DNA of 64,000 bases, taken from positions 3,308 to 67,307 of the IMG/VR virus record IMGVR_UViG_3300015050_000576; one strand, 5' to 3'. Of this stretch, positions 28,157 through 36,238 are shown in pieces. A program made the translations under genes and the position numbers. Origin of the DNA: a virus (Duplodnaviria; Caudoviricetes). The stretch's first letter is position 1; each line of letters starts with the position of its first letter. The notes beneath the pieces are model-generated. The model was not told where the DNA came from, did not search any database, and worked only from the letters and a program-made list of their open reading frames with translations.

Positions 28157-28550
28157 CGAGATCGGGTCCCATCATGGGTTGCGGGGCCTGTTTTTCGTTC
28201 GGGCAGTCCGGGTCAAAGCATTTATATCCCAGCCCGCAAGCGTGACAAATTGCGCTTGGCATACCCGGAACTTGGTCACCGTCACACTCCTTTCCGGTCA
28301 CCTTTCCGATAACCGGGGCGCGCAACACGCCGAGCAACTGCTTGAGGTCCGTTACAGTGGATGCGGCTCGGTCGGCGCTAACGCCAAGAGCGCGGCACAA
28401 CTTTACGACCGTCGAAAATCCCGGATCTTTAATCTTCCCGGTTTCGATCTGCGAAATCAGCGCATTTGAAATGCCTGTTTCGCGTTCCATGTCGCGCAAG
28501 GTCCAGCCTTTGCACTCTCGGGCAATGGCAATTAGTTCGCCGATCTTCAT
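28134..28550 (-). CDS. XRE-family HTH regulator with Cys-rich C-terminus
   Basis: IAIARECKGWTLRDMERETGISNALISQIETGKIKDPGFSTVVKLCRALGVS; C-terminal C...CHAC...C...C; GGAGG RBS. Confidence 0.75.
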   Translation of the reverse strand: MKIGELIAIARECKGWTLRDMERETGISNALISQIETGKIKDPGFSTVVKLCRALGVSADRAASTVTDLKQLLGVLRAPVIGKVTGKECDGDQVPGMPSAICHACGLGYKCFDPDCPNEKQAPQPMMGPDLATSPASS

Positions 28551-28611
28551 CTCTCAATCCTCCAATTCACTACCAGAATAGCACATTCCTTGAATCGCTG
28601 CACGAGGTTTA

Positions 28612-28833
28612 ATGATTATTCCCCGACGAGCTTTCACAATTCCCGCCATTGCTGGAATCCTTATCGCCAGCATTGCGAGCGCATCGGAAGAAAAGCCATC
28701 CACATGGTTCTGCGTCAAAGCCCGCCAGCATAGGGCGCTCTTCACAAGCGATAGAGCGGCGGAAGAATCTGCAATCGCACATGGCGCAACGAGAGAAGAC
28801 ATCGCAAAAGCCAAAAGGTGGTGCCGACGATGA
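28612..28833 (+). CDS. Small exported protein
   Basis: Hydrophobic N-terminal segment ending ASIASA; two Cys. Confidence 0.55.
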   Translation: MIIPRRAFTIPAIAGILIASIASASEEKPSTWFCVKARQHRALFTSDRAAEESAIAHGATREDIAKAKRWCRR

Positions 28834-29258
28834 ACGCTGAAGATCGAATGAGCCGAGCAATCCTAAGGGCCATTGGCCTCGGTGCGTTGGCATTGGTGCT
28901 GTCAGGATTGCTCATCTTCGCGCTAGTAAAAATGGCGCTGGCGCAAGAGCATCACCACCCCGACGAGACAATATCCGACAAGCGGGTATCCGAGTTCTAC
29001 GATAGCTGGAAGAGGCCGCCGGCAAGGCTGGTGAGCTGTTGCCATCGCAAAGACTGCTATAGCGCACAGATCCGGCGCGGCCCCGGCGGCCTGCAATACC
29101 TGCACAAGTGGTCAGGAACATGGGCCGCGCTACCGTCCAGCATAATTGAATCGAACCAGCCCGATCCGCGGGAGTCCCCTGATACCGACAACCACGTTTG
29201 CGCGAGTGAGATGTTCCCCGAGATTGTGTACTGCGCGGTTCTCGGCGGTGGCACCTGA
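28830..29258 (+). CDS. Exported Cys-rich protein
   Basis: Signal/TM then ALA|QEHHH; SCCHRKDCY...HVCA...YCA. Confidence 0.65.
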   Translation: MNAEDRMSRAILRAIGLGALALVLSGLLIFALVKMALAQEHHHPDETISDKRVSEFYDSWKRPPARLVSCCHRKDCYSAQIRRGPGGLQYLHKWSGTWAALPSSIIESNQPDPRESPDTDNHVCASEMFPEIVYCAVLGGGT

Positions 29259-29259
29259 A

Positions 29260-30195
29260 ATGGTGAAACCTACTACGACGGATCAAGAGTTCATGGCTGT
29301 TTTCGATGCCATGGGAGCGACAAAAGCCTCGATCTTCCTGGGCGTCACTGAGCGCAATATCTATGCAAGGCGCGAGCGGCTGGAGAAGGTTCATGGCCGC
29401 ATCACAGCGCCAGCCAAGCAATCCAGCACCAAGGAATACCCGCATCGGGCATTGCTGGAGGTCAAGAATGGTGTTGTTATTGTTGGGAGCGATCTTCATA
29501 TTTGGCCTGGTGCGGAGTCTACGGCACTACGAGCGTTCAAGAGGCTCTGCAAAGACTTGAAGCCGTCCGCGGTAATCCTCAACGGCGACGTGCTTGATTT
29601 TCCGCAGATCAGCCGTCACCCGCCGATCGGCTGGGAAAGCGCCCCATCCGTCAAGGATGAGATCGAGGCGGCGCAGGATCATCTTCACGACATCGCACAG
29701 GCGGCCGGACGATGCCGTAAAATCTGGACCCTTGGAAACCACGACGCCCGCTTTGAAACGCGGCTGGCGACCGTGGCAAGCGAATACAAGGGCCTCGGCG
29801 GCATCCACCTGTCCGACCATTTCCCGCTCTGGGAGAAGGGCTGGGCGGTCTGGATCAATGATTCCGTAGTCTGCAAGCATCGCTGGAAGGGCGGGGTCCA
29901 CGCCACGCATAACAATGCGGTTGGCTCCGGCAAGACGATGGTCACGGGCCATCTGCACTCCCAAAAGGTGACGCCGGTCACGGACTACAACGGGACGCGC
30001 TACGGCGTGGACACTGGCTGCGTTGCTGACCCGAACCATAAGGCTTTCGTCGATTATACCGAGGATGGGCCCAAGAATTGGGTGTCAGGCTTCGCGGTCC
30101 TGAAGTTCAAGGATGGCCGGTTGATGCAGCCGGAGTTGTGCAGCGTGTGGGATGAAAAGCACGTTCAATTCCGTGGCGAGGTCATCAAGGTATGA
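29260..30195 (+). CDS. Calcineurin-like metallophosphoesterase with an N-terminal HTH-like segment
   Basis: SDLH, NGDVLD, GNHD, H, GHLHS metal-binding motifs. Confidence 0.85.
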   Translation: MVKPTTTDQEFMAVFDAMGATKASIFLGVTERNIYARRERLEKVHGRITAPAKQSSTKEYPHRALLEVKNGVVIVGSDLHIWPGAESTALRAFKRLCKDLKPSAVILNGDVLDFPQISRHPPIGWESAPSVKDEIEAAQDHLHDIAQAAGRCRKIWTLGNHDARFETRLATVASEYKGLGGIHLSDHFPLWEKGWAVWINDSVVCKHRWKGGVHATHNNAVGSGKTMVTGHLHSQKVTPVTDYNGTRYGVDTGCVADPNHKAFVDYTEDGPKNWVSGFAVLKFKDGRLMQPELCSVWDEKHVQFRGEVIKV

Positions 30196-30395
30196 AGCGG
30201 GGCTATTACCACGTTTCCAGCGGGGAATGGATCACCGTTCCCCGCCGCGGCTTCAAGGAGCAATGCTGCGACTGCGGACTCGTGCATCGGCTCAATTTCA
30301 AGATCAACGACAAGGGGCAGATTGAGATTCAAACATTCCGGGATGAGCGGTCTACATCTGCAGTTCGTCGCGCGTTCAAGTTTGAGAAAGACTGA
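30192..30395 (+). CDS. Small Cys-containing protein
   Basis: CCDCGLVH motif; coupled to neighbours. Confidence 0.6.
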   Translation: MKRGYYHVSSGEWITVPRRGFKEQCCDCGLVHRLNFKINDKGQIEIQTFRDERSTSAVRRAFKFEKD

Positions 30396-30556
30396 TGTCG
30401 TGGGCCATGTGGTTCGTCGCCCTTATCGGGGCTCAGTATGCCGCCGTTTGCGTGCTGCTGCTCTGCTCCGGTAAGCCGTTTCAGGCTGGGGTTTACTTCG
30501 CCTACGCCCTTGGGAATGTGTTTTTCTGTTTGGCGTGGGCGTACAACGAAGCGTAG
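30395..30556 (+). CDS. Small 2-TM membrane protein
   Basis: MSWAMWFVALIGAQYAAVCVLLLCSGKPFQAGVYFAYALGNVFFCLAW; TGATG coupling. Confidence 0.55.
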   Translation: MSWAMWFVALIGAQYAAVCVLLLCSGKPFQAGVYFAYALGNVFFCLAWAYNEA

Positions 30557-30631
30557 GAAAGTGCTTATTTTGTAGCACCAAACGCGATTCTATGGTAGTG
30601 TTCATTTGCGAAAACAACTGAGGAATTTTGC

Positions 30632-30982
30632 ATGAAAGTCTACGTCGCAGGACCGATGCGCGGCATTCCAGAGTTCAATTTCCCCGCCTTCCATGCCGCC
30701 GCTGCGCAGTTGCGCGAGATGGGGCATTTCGTTTTCAGCCCGGCCGAGAAAGACAATGAGCGGCACGGGACCGATATCTCAAAGGGCAACGCCAGCGGCT
30801 GCGAGGATGTGGCCGCGAAAGAGCATGGGTTTGACTTGCGGGTCGCCCTAGGCGTGGACCTCGGATGGATTTGCGCCGAAGCTGACGCGGTGGCGCTTCT
30901 TCCTGGATGGGAGAAAAGTAAGGGGGCCATGGCAGAGCGCGCGGCGGCAATTGCGTTGGGGCTGGAGATCATTGAACTGTGA
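30632..30982 (+). CDS. DUF4406-like (nucleoside deoxyribosyltransferase-like fold)
   Basis: MKVYVAGPMRGIPEFNFPAF..AA..LR..G..V.SPA...LLPGWEKSKGA.AE...A..LGL. Confidence 0.8.
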   Translation: MKVYVAGPMRGIPEFNFPAFHAAAAQLREMGHFVFSPAEKDNERHGTDISKGNASGCEDVAAKEHGFDLRVALGVDLGWICAEADAVALLPGWEKSKGAMAERAAAIALGLEIIEL

Positions 30983-31350
30983 GTCGCCCAGAGTTGATCC
31001 AAGGTCATAAGGACGACGCCGGCAAAGACCCGTGGTCGCTTGCGCCGTTCGATGCTTTTAGCGCCATCGTCAAGGTGCTGAAATTCGGGGCAGAGAAGTA
31101 CGCCCCGCGCAATTGGGAAAAGGGGATGCTTTGGTCGCGCCCCTTCGACGCCCTGATGCGGCACCTCACGGCGTGGTGGGATGGCGAGAAAGCAGACGCC
31201 GACACGGGATATAGCCACCTATGGCACGCCGGATGCTGCATCGTCTTCCTCATTGCATATGAGATCCGCGGCGTCGGAAAGGACGACAGGCCGTCCACTG
31301 CCGAGCAAGATCGCAAGGACGAGAGTTGGGCGAAGGCGGCGAACGAGTAA
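30979..31350 (+). CDS. DUF5664 / dATP-dGTP diphosphohydrolase N-terminal family protein
   Basis: KDDAGK..WSL.P...V.KVL.FGA.KY..RNWEKG...ALMRHL.AWW.GE..D.DTG..HL.HA.CC. Confidence 0.8.
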   Translation: MSRPELIQGHKDDAGKDPWSLAPFDAFSAIVKVLKFGAEKYAPRNWEKGMLWSRPFDALMRHLTAWWDGEKADADTGYSHLWHAGCCIVFLIAYEIRGVGKDDRPSTAEQDRKDESWAKAANE

Positions 31351-31353
31351 GAT

Positions 31354-31677
31354 TCACTCCGGCGCTGCTTGGCCAGGAGCGGGGATGACGTTTGCAAGCT
31401 CGATCAGCACGTCGGCATGGCACGGCTGGTCCAGGCGGCACCAGCAGGCCAAGTCCTTACCGCGCAATTTGTCCAGCGTTGATGTCAGAACGAGCCGCCC
31501 AAGCGGGTGCTCCAGTCCCCACACCCAATCAGCCCTAAACTTCCGGACGCATTCAGCGGCGTCCCCATCCGTTCCTACGCGATACTTGTTGCCGTGGTGG
31601 CTGGGCCGGCCGACATAGATAGCACCCGCCGGCATCGTCCAGCCCTTCGAGCGCTTCCGTTGAATCCGCTGTGGCAT
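31354..31677 (-). CDS. DUF4326-like protein
   Basis: PQRIQRKRSKGW.MP.GAIYVGRPS..GN...LRGKDLACWC....CHADVL..LAN. Confidence 0.8.
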   Translation of the reverse strand: MPQRIQRKRSKGWTMPAGAIYVGRPSHHGNKYRVGTDGDAAECVRKFRADWVWGLEHPLGRLVLTSTLDKLRGKDLACWCRLDQPCHADVLIELANVIPAPGQAAPE

Positions 31678-31724
31678 CAGAACTCCTCGCTTATCAATCG
31701 GCAACCTGTAAGCCCCTCTTCTGC

Positions 31725-32312
31725 TTAAGAGCGATTACCGCTGCCTTGCGAGAATATAGCCATAGCAATATCGAATAGGCCCGCGATCTCATTACCCTCC
31801 CTTACTCTGATAAACCTATACCCAAAAGCGCTTTCTATTTCCTTCTGCCGTGCTGCATCTAGTGCAATATTCAGTGTCTTGCCATGGTGCCCTTCATCGT
31901 ATTCGACCGCAATTTTAAATTTCGGGACGAAGAAATCGACCACGTATCCACCAATCCGGTGTTGGGGAAAAATTTCATACTGAGGGATGAAGGCGGACAG
32001 CAGGTCGCTAAATTCGGATTCTTTGCGCCTCACTATGAGATCAACCTTCTGAATTCCGTGCGCCTCGCATAGATCGTGATAGACTTTAATTTGGTGGGTC
32101 CGGACTGCCAAAATATATACAGCGTCCAAACCGTAAGTTTTGATCTGCCGCCTAATTGTTCGCTTTCCTTCTTTGGCGGCGCGCGCTTCGATTTCGCCGG
32201 GGTGGCCTCGCAGCAGCATAGTTATGGCTTGCGTGGTTTTTGAGAACATCACGGACAGTTCTGCTTGGGAAAATCTCATGTATAATTTGCCGCTGTTACA
32301 AGTTTCGTCCAT
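31725..32312 (-). CDS. DUF559 / Vsr-like endonuclease domain protein (AT-rich)
   Basis: QHRIGGYVVDFF...IAVEYDEGHH...D..RQ..I....Y.FIRV. Confidence 0.7.
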   Translation of the reverse strand: MDETCNSGKLYMRFSQAELSVMFSKTTQAITMLLRGHPGEIEARAAKEGKRTIRRQIKTYGLDAVYILAVRTHQIKVYHDLCEAHGIQKVDLIVRRKESEFSDLLSAFIPQYEIFPQHRIGGYVVDFFVPKFKIAVEYDEGHHGKTLNIALDAARQKEIESAFGYRFIRVREGNEIAGLFDIAMAIFSQGSGNRS

Positions 32313-32326
32313 TACAGGTTCGGTTG

Positions 32327-32500
32327 CTATGATCTCCTAGCCGGGCTTTCGAACTCGGCCGCGATCCGCGTGAAAACGTCGGCGGCAGAATACCACCTTG
32401 CGGCTTCCTCATAGTTCTTTGATTTGGCATATTTTGCCGCAAGTTTAGCTCTGTCGATCGCCAGATCTCGGTATCGCGCGGCCTTCTCTTTTTTTGTCAT
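32327..32500 (-). CDS. 57-aa hypothetical protein
   Basis: MTKKEKAARYRDLAIDRAKLAAKYAK..., preceded by GGAG; not in ORF track. Confidence 0.5.
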   Translation of the reverse strand: MTKKEKAARYRDLAIDRAKLAAKYAKSKNYEEAARWYSAADVFTRIAAEFESPARRS

Positions 32501-32523
32501 GCTCCGCCCTTACAGGTTCGAGT

Positions 32524-32542
32524 TGTCAAGGATTCCTTGACA
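32524..32542. promoter_or_regulatory. Perfect palindrome of back-to-back TTGACA elements
   Basis: TGTCAAGG-ATT-CCTTGACA. Confidence 0.5.
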
Positions 32543-32670
32543 GGTGGCTGTTTAACTGTGCAAGACCCAAAGCAATATAGTCCATGCGCAAAGTAAGGCG
32601 CATATTACAAGGCCGGGTGCGTTAGGGCTTGTTATGAACCATTGTTTCATTGCTGCCTGCTCAAGACTGG

Positions 32671-34455
32671 TTATGCGGTTCTGGCATATAAACCCTGATA
32701 GTCGCAGCCCTTCGCCTCGGCTTCAGCGCGCGCCGCTTCTTCGTCACTGAATAGTTGCCACTCCGTCGCGGACAGTACGCCATCCACAACGCGGGGTACG
32801 CGGAAGGCAACTGGCCGTTTTTGCCATTCTGACGTGGCTTCGGATTTCTTTGGGAATGTACCCTCCCGGATGTCATGGGCTATCTGCTCCATGATGGACG
32901 GGGGCTTGCCAAAACCAAGATCGCGGTGCTGGCGTCCGCACTTCGGGCATTCGCAGATCACGTCTGTCATTGTTTGGGTTCCTTTATCAGCAGTCCATAT
33001 TGACGGGGCACGGGGCACTGGTCGGCTTTCCATCGTTCCGAGCAGGGGAACATGACCGTCGCGCCGCAAAACTTGCAAAGCAGACTGGATGGCTTCACTT
33101 CGCTCATTGTTATCCTCGTTGTTCGGTCAGGATCGGGCAACGCCGGCCATCAAAAGCGCGTCACGCAGCCTAGCTATTTCAATATGACAGTTACCGATCT
33201 GGCTTTTGAGTAAGCTCTTCTCCTGCTTGAGCTTTGCGATGGCGCGCAGCAGGGCCTCGTTGTCATACTCGCAACCAGCCTCGTCGCAGGCCTCACGGAA
33301 TGCTGTCAAGGCGTCAATGCTTTCCACTGTGCTCACTTGCGCTCTCCATTCGAGACCGTGGGAATCTTGTCTCCGCATCCGATGCAGCGGCATATCGGGC
33401 CGCTATGCCAGACGCCCTGGCCTCGATGCCGGCGGACCAGCCTACACCACAGCACGACTGGCCAAGCCGCGTATTTCTTATATCTAGTCATCATGATTTC
33501 TATTCCTTCGTGGTCTTGAGTATGTCGCCTCGCGCGCTACGCGGTCTGCCGTCAGCCTTGGTCAGAAGGGCGGCTGAAACGCTGTCATCACACCATGCAA
33601 CAGTGTGATCTTCTCTTTCCCATGTCCTCCAATAGCTCGGCAGCACACCATCGACAGGCCTACATAGAACCGTCATTTCGTCGTATCGCGGCTCGAACCC
33701 GACGATTTCCCACTCTTTTTGCTTATCAATAAACTTGTCGCCGATGTTGGCGGTGGCAGCGCCGCTCTGACACTTCAACTGCATTGACTTTTCCATGGGA
33801 TGTCTCTCGCGTTGTCTACTGATCACTGTGGCAGAGAGGGCAGATCTTTGGCCCCCATCGATCGCGTCATATTCAGCAGGTCATCGTGCGCCCGCTGGCG
33901 CTCGCCCTCCGTATCGAACGGGCCAATGCTGCCGTATGGCTGCCGGTTCACCCGAATATCAATCCAGAAGTCGCCGGCCGCCATGTCGCGGAATACGTAC
34001 TCCGCGACGACCTCCGTCTTTTGCGTCGGCGGCTTCGGGCAGCCGCCGCTGTAGCCATGGAATTTGAACATCTCCTCGCCAGATGGCATCGGCTCGCCGC
34101 ACAGTCCGCATCGCGCCACGGTCATGAATGCTCTCCTTTGGGGATCGATGGTGGCAGCTTCTCGGCCGCGCGGACGAGATCGTGAGCCATCCAAACTTCT
34201 CGCCCGCCGCGCGAATCGAACGTGCAATCCAGCAGCATCTCGTAAGGGGAAACGAGAATCCCCGTGACCGTTGCAACCTCGCCATTGGGCATCTTCCAGC
34301 GCGAGTCTATCTCAATCGAAGGCATGTCATGCTCCTTTGGGCAGCGAGGGCGACATCGCGGCCAGGTCGCGGACCCAGCCCGCAATGCTGGCGTCAATCC
34401 GCTTCAACTGGTCGCCCGTGGCGCGCTCCCGGTTCAGTGAACGCGGCTGTGTCAT
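32671..34455 (-). other. Distal early-left cluster of small hypothetical ORFs (32671-32970, 33127-33393, 33500-33796, 33823-34125, 34122-34325, 34327-34455)
   Basis: Tightly packed minus-strand ORFs with RBSs; two carry CxxC pairs. Confidence 0.55.
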
Positions 34456-34883
34456 GATCTCGCCTCCCGGAATGTAGTCGCGGCGAATACCGCTGATTCT
34501 CGTGTATCGTGCAGCCCAAGAGAGACGAATTTGCCGTTCTCTCCGCGCAACTGGGCCCGCCACTTGCCGGACTGTTTATGAAAATGAACCCCGGCTTCCT
34601 TCCCGTCGTAAGCATAGATCAGGTTTTTCCGGTTGGTCGTCACTTCGAGGTTCGCTCGCCGGTTATCCAGCCCGTCGTTGTTGATGTGATGCACCACCAT
34701 GTTGGCTGGTGCGTTCATCAGGAGCCTGTGCATCCGGACGCGAACCTTCGACCCACGGACGCGCGCGGCAACGTAGAGGCGGCCAGATCCGGACCGGCAG
34801 AGATACCAACTATATGGGCGCAGAAGCTCCGCGTCGGCATCGTCAGCTAACGCGACGTGACCGCTGATAAGATCAATTTTCAT
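34452..34883 (-). mobile_element. HNH endonuclease with AP2-like domain
   Basis: MHRLLM...VVHHINNDGLDNRRANL; GVHFHKQSGKWRAQL...SLGLHDT.E.A. Confidence 0.8.
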
Positions 34884-34889
34884 GAACGC

Positions 34890-35130
34890 ACCGGGAACAG
34901 ATGGCGTGTCAATGGCGTGTCAAAACCCGCCTGCGTTCCCGAGTCGTTCACGGCGGTTTGTTCCGGTTTGGCGACTTCCATATTCTGCGTCTCCTTATTT
35001 GCTGGGGCTTTTTGCCCATGTTCTGGTTTAGCCCTGTTCCATTGAAGGGGACCGGGTTAAGTCAGGATACCACTATTTTAATAGGCTTTCCGCAACTTTC
35101 ATTGGTCGGCGTGTCATTTCTGCGTCAACC
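34890..35130. other. Putative attP with arm-type integrase sites
   Basis: ATGGCGTGTCA tandem twice (34901-34922) and TCGGCGTGTCA-TTTCTGCGTCA (35106-35127), both with 11-bp period, flanking a non-coding AT-richer core at the 3' end of int. Confidence 0.6.
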
Positions 35131-36074
35131 AAAACGTCTGTCAGCGTGATATCGTTGATGGCGTGGCCGTAGGTCTTGAGCACCTGGGCCGGCGTCTTCC
35201 ATCCACCGAGCTTCGCGACCGTCACCACGTCGATGCCCCGGCGCAGCAATCCGGTGGCGAACCCGTGGCGGCAGGAATGCGGGGTCAGGCGCTTGACGCC
35301 AGCCCGCTTGATAGCGCCGTGCCATGCCCTCACGATGTCGTCGGCGTGCTGGTAGACGAACACGGGCCGCTCATTGATGCGCGGCAGGTTGGATAGCATC
35401 GCGACCAGTTGGGTCGGGAGATGCGAGATCCGCTCGTTGGCCACCTTCGATTGCTTGATCAGCACCGTGCCCTGATTGAGGCTCACGTCTTCCCAATGCA
35501 CCGCGATAGCCTCGCTGATCCGCGCCCCGGTCAGGAACATGAACCACGCCAGCGCCTCGATCGGCGGCGAGGCATGAGGGCTGAATGCGCGTAGCCATTC
35601 CAGCGTCACGGGCTCTTTGACCTTTGCATCGACCTTGAACCGCCTGACCCGGATCGGCGAGCACAGTTCGGATTCCGCGGCAAAGTTGATGACGGCTTGC
35701 GCGGGGCAGATGCCCTGCCGGTTGCGGGTCGCGCCCGTGCAGTCGGGGAAAAGGTCGATGGCCATCTGCCTGACAGCGCCGGCCGTGATGTCCTTCACCA
35801 GCGTATCCTTGAAATGCCCCTCGACGGCCGACAGGAACCGCTCCGACTTGCCGGCCGCGCGGTATAGCTGCGCAGCCCTGCGGAATGTCAGGATCGCGCC
35901 TGGGCCATCGAAATGACCTTTCCAGTAAGCGGTTTCGATCTCGACAATCTGACGCGCCGCGATATTTTTGTCCGCGGTTTTGCATGAGCCTCGGATGCGC
36001 GATCGGCGCTCAGTTGGGCCAACTGTGCCGCGGTAATGCCAGACCCCGCTGCGCATGTAGAGCTTGAGGGGCAT
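35073..36074 (-). CDS. int: Tyrosine integrase
   Basis: LTGARISE (R), HSCRH (HxxR), LGGW, YGH (Y); N-terminal arm-binding-like MPLKLY.R.GVWHYRGT. Confidence 0.92.
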   Translation of the reverse strand: MPLKLYMRSGVWHYRGTVGPTERRSRIRGSCKTADKNIAARQIVEIETAYWKGHFDGPGAILTFRRAAQLYRAAGKSERFLSAVEGHFKDTLVKDITAGAVRQMAIDLFPDCTGATRNRQGICPAQAVINFAAESELCSPIRVRRFKVDAKVKEPVTLEWLRAFSPHASPPIEALAWFMFLTGARISEAIAVHWEDVSLNQGTVLIKQSKVANERISHLPTQLVAMLSNLPRINERPVFVYQHADDIVRAWHGAIKRAGVKRLTPHSCRHGFATGLLRRGIDVVTVAKLGGWKTPAQVLKTYGHAINDITLTDVLVDAEMTRRPMKVAESLLK

Positions 36075-36238
36075 CGCTGCGACTCCATGATTTTGAGAAC
36101 GTCGTCTTTTGTGAGCGTCATACAATCGCCCGAAATCAAGCACGCGCCAAGGGCTTTAGCTATCCTGCGCACACGTCTTTCCGGCCAGTTCAGGTGCTGG
36201 GCGAGCGCTGCGGGCGTGGTGACTTCGGGCAGGATCAT
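35888..36238 (-). CDS. Excisionase-like protein overlapping int
   Basis: TTPAALAQHLNWPERRVRRIA winged-helix-like start; position immediately upstream of int; 187-nt out-of-frame overlap. Confidence 0.55.
   Translation of the reverse strand: MILPEVTTPAALAQHLNWPERRVRRIAKALGACLISGDCMTLTKDDVLKIMESQRCPSSSTCAAGSGITAAQLAQLSADRASEAHAKPRTKISRRVRLSRSKPLTGKVISMAQARS

Noticed and set aside
29260-31350. 2-aminoadenine (Z) or 7-deazaguanine genome system
   Set aside because: No PurZ, DpdA/QueCDE/FolE or phage DNA polymerase recognisable in the window.
34884-35072. tRNA gene or tRNA-derived att core
   Set aside because: No GTTCRANTC T-loop or cloverleaf found by eye on either strand here or elsewhere; tRNAscan-SE/ARAGORN would be decisive.
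32500-35100. CtrA boxes (TTAA-N7-TTAA) in intergenic regions
   Set aside because: Only isolated TTAA half-sites seen in the regions inspected (e.g. 32552, 35057); a PWM scan is needed.
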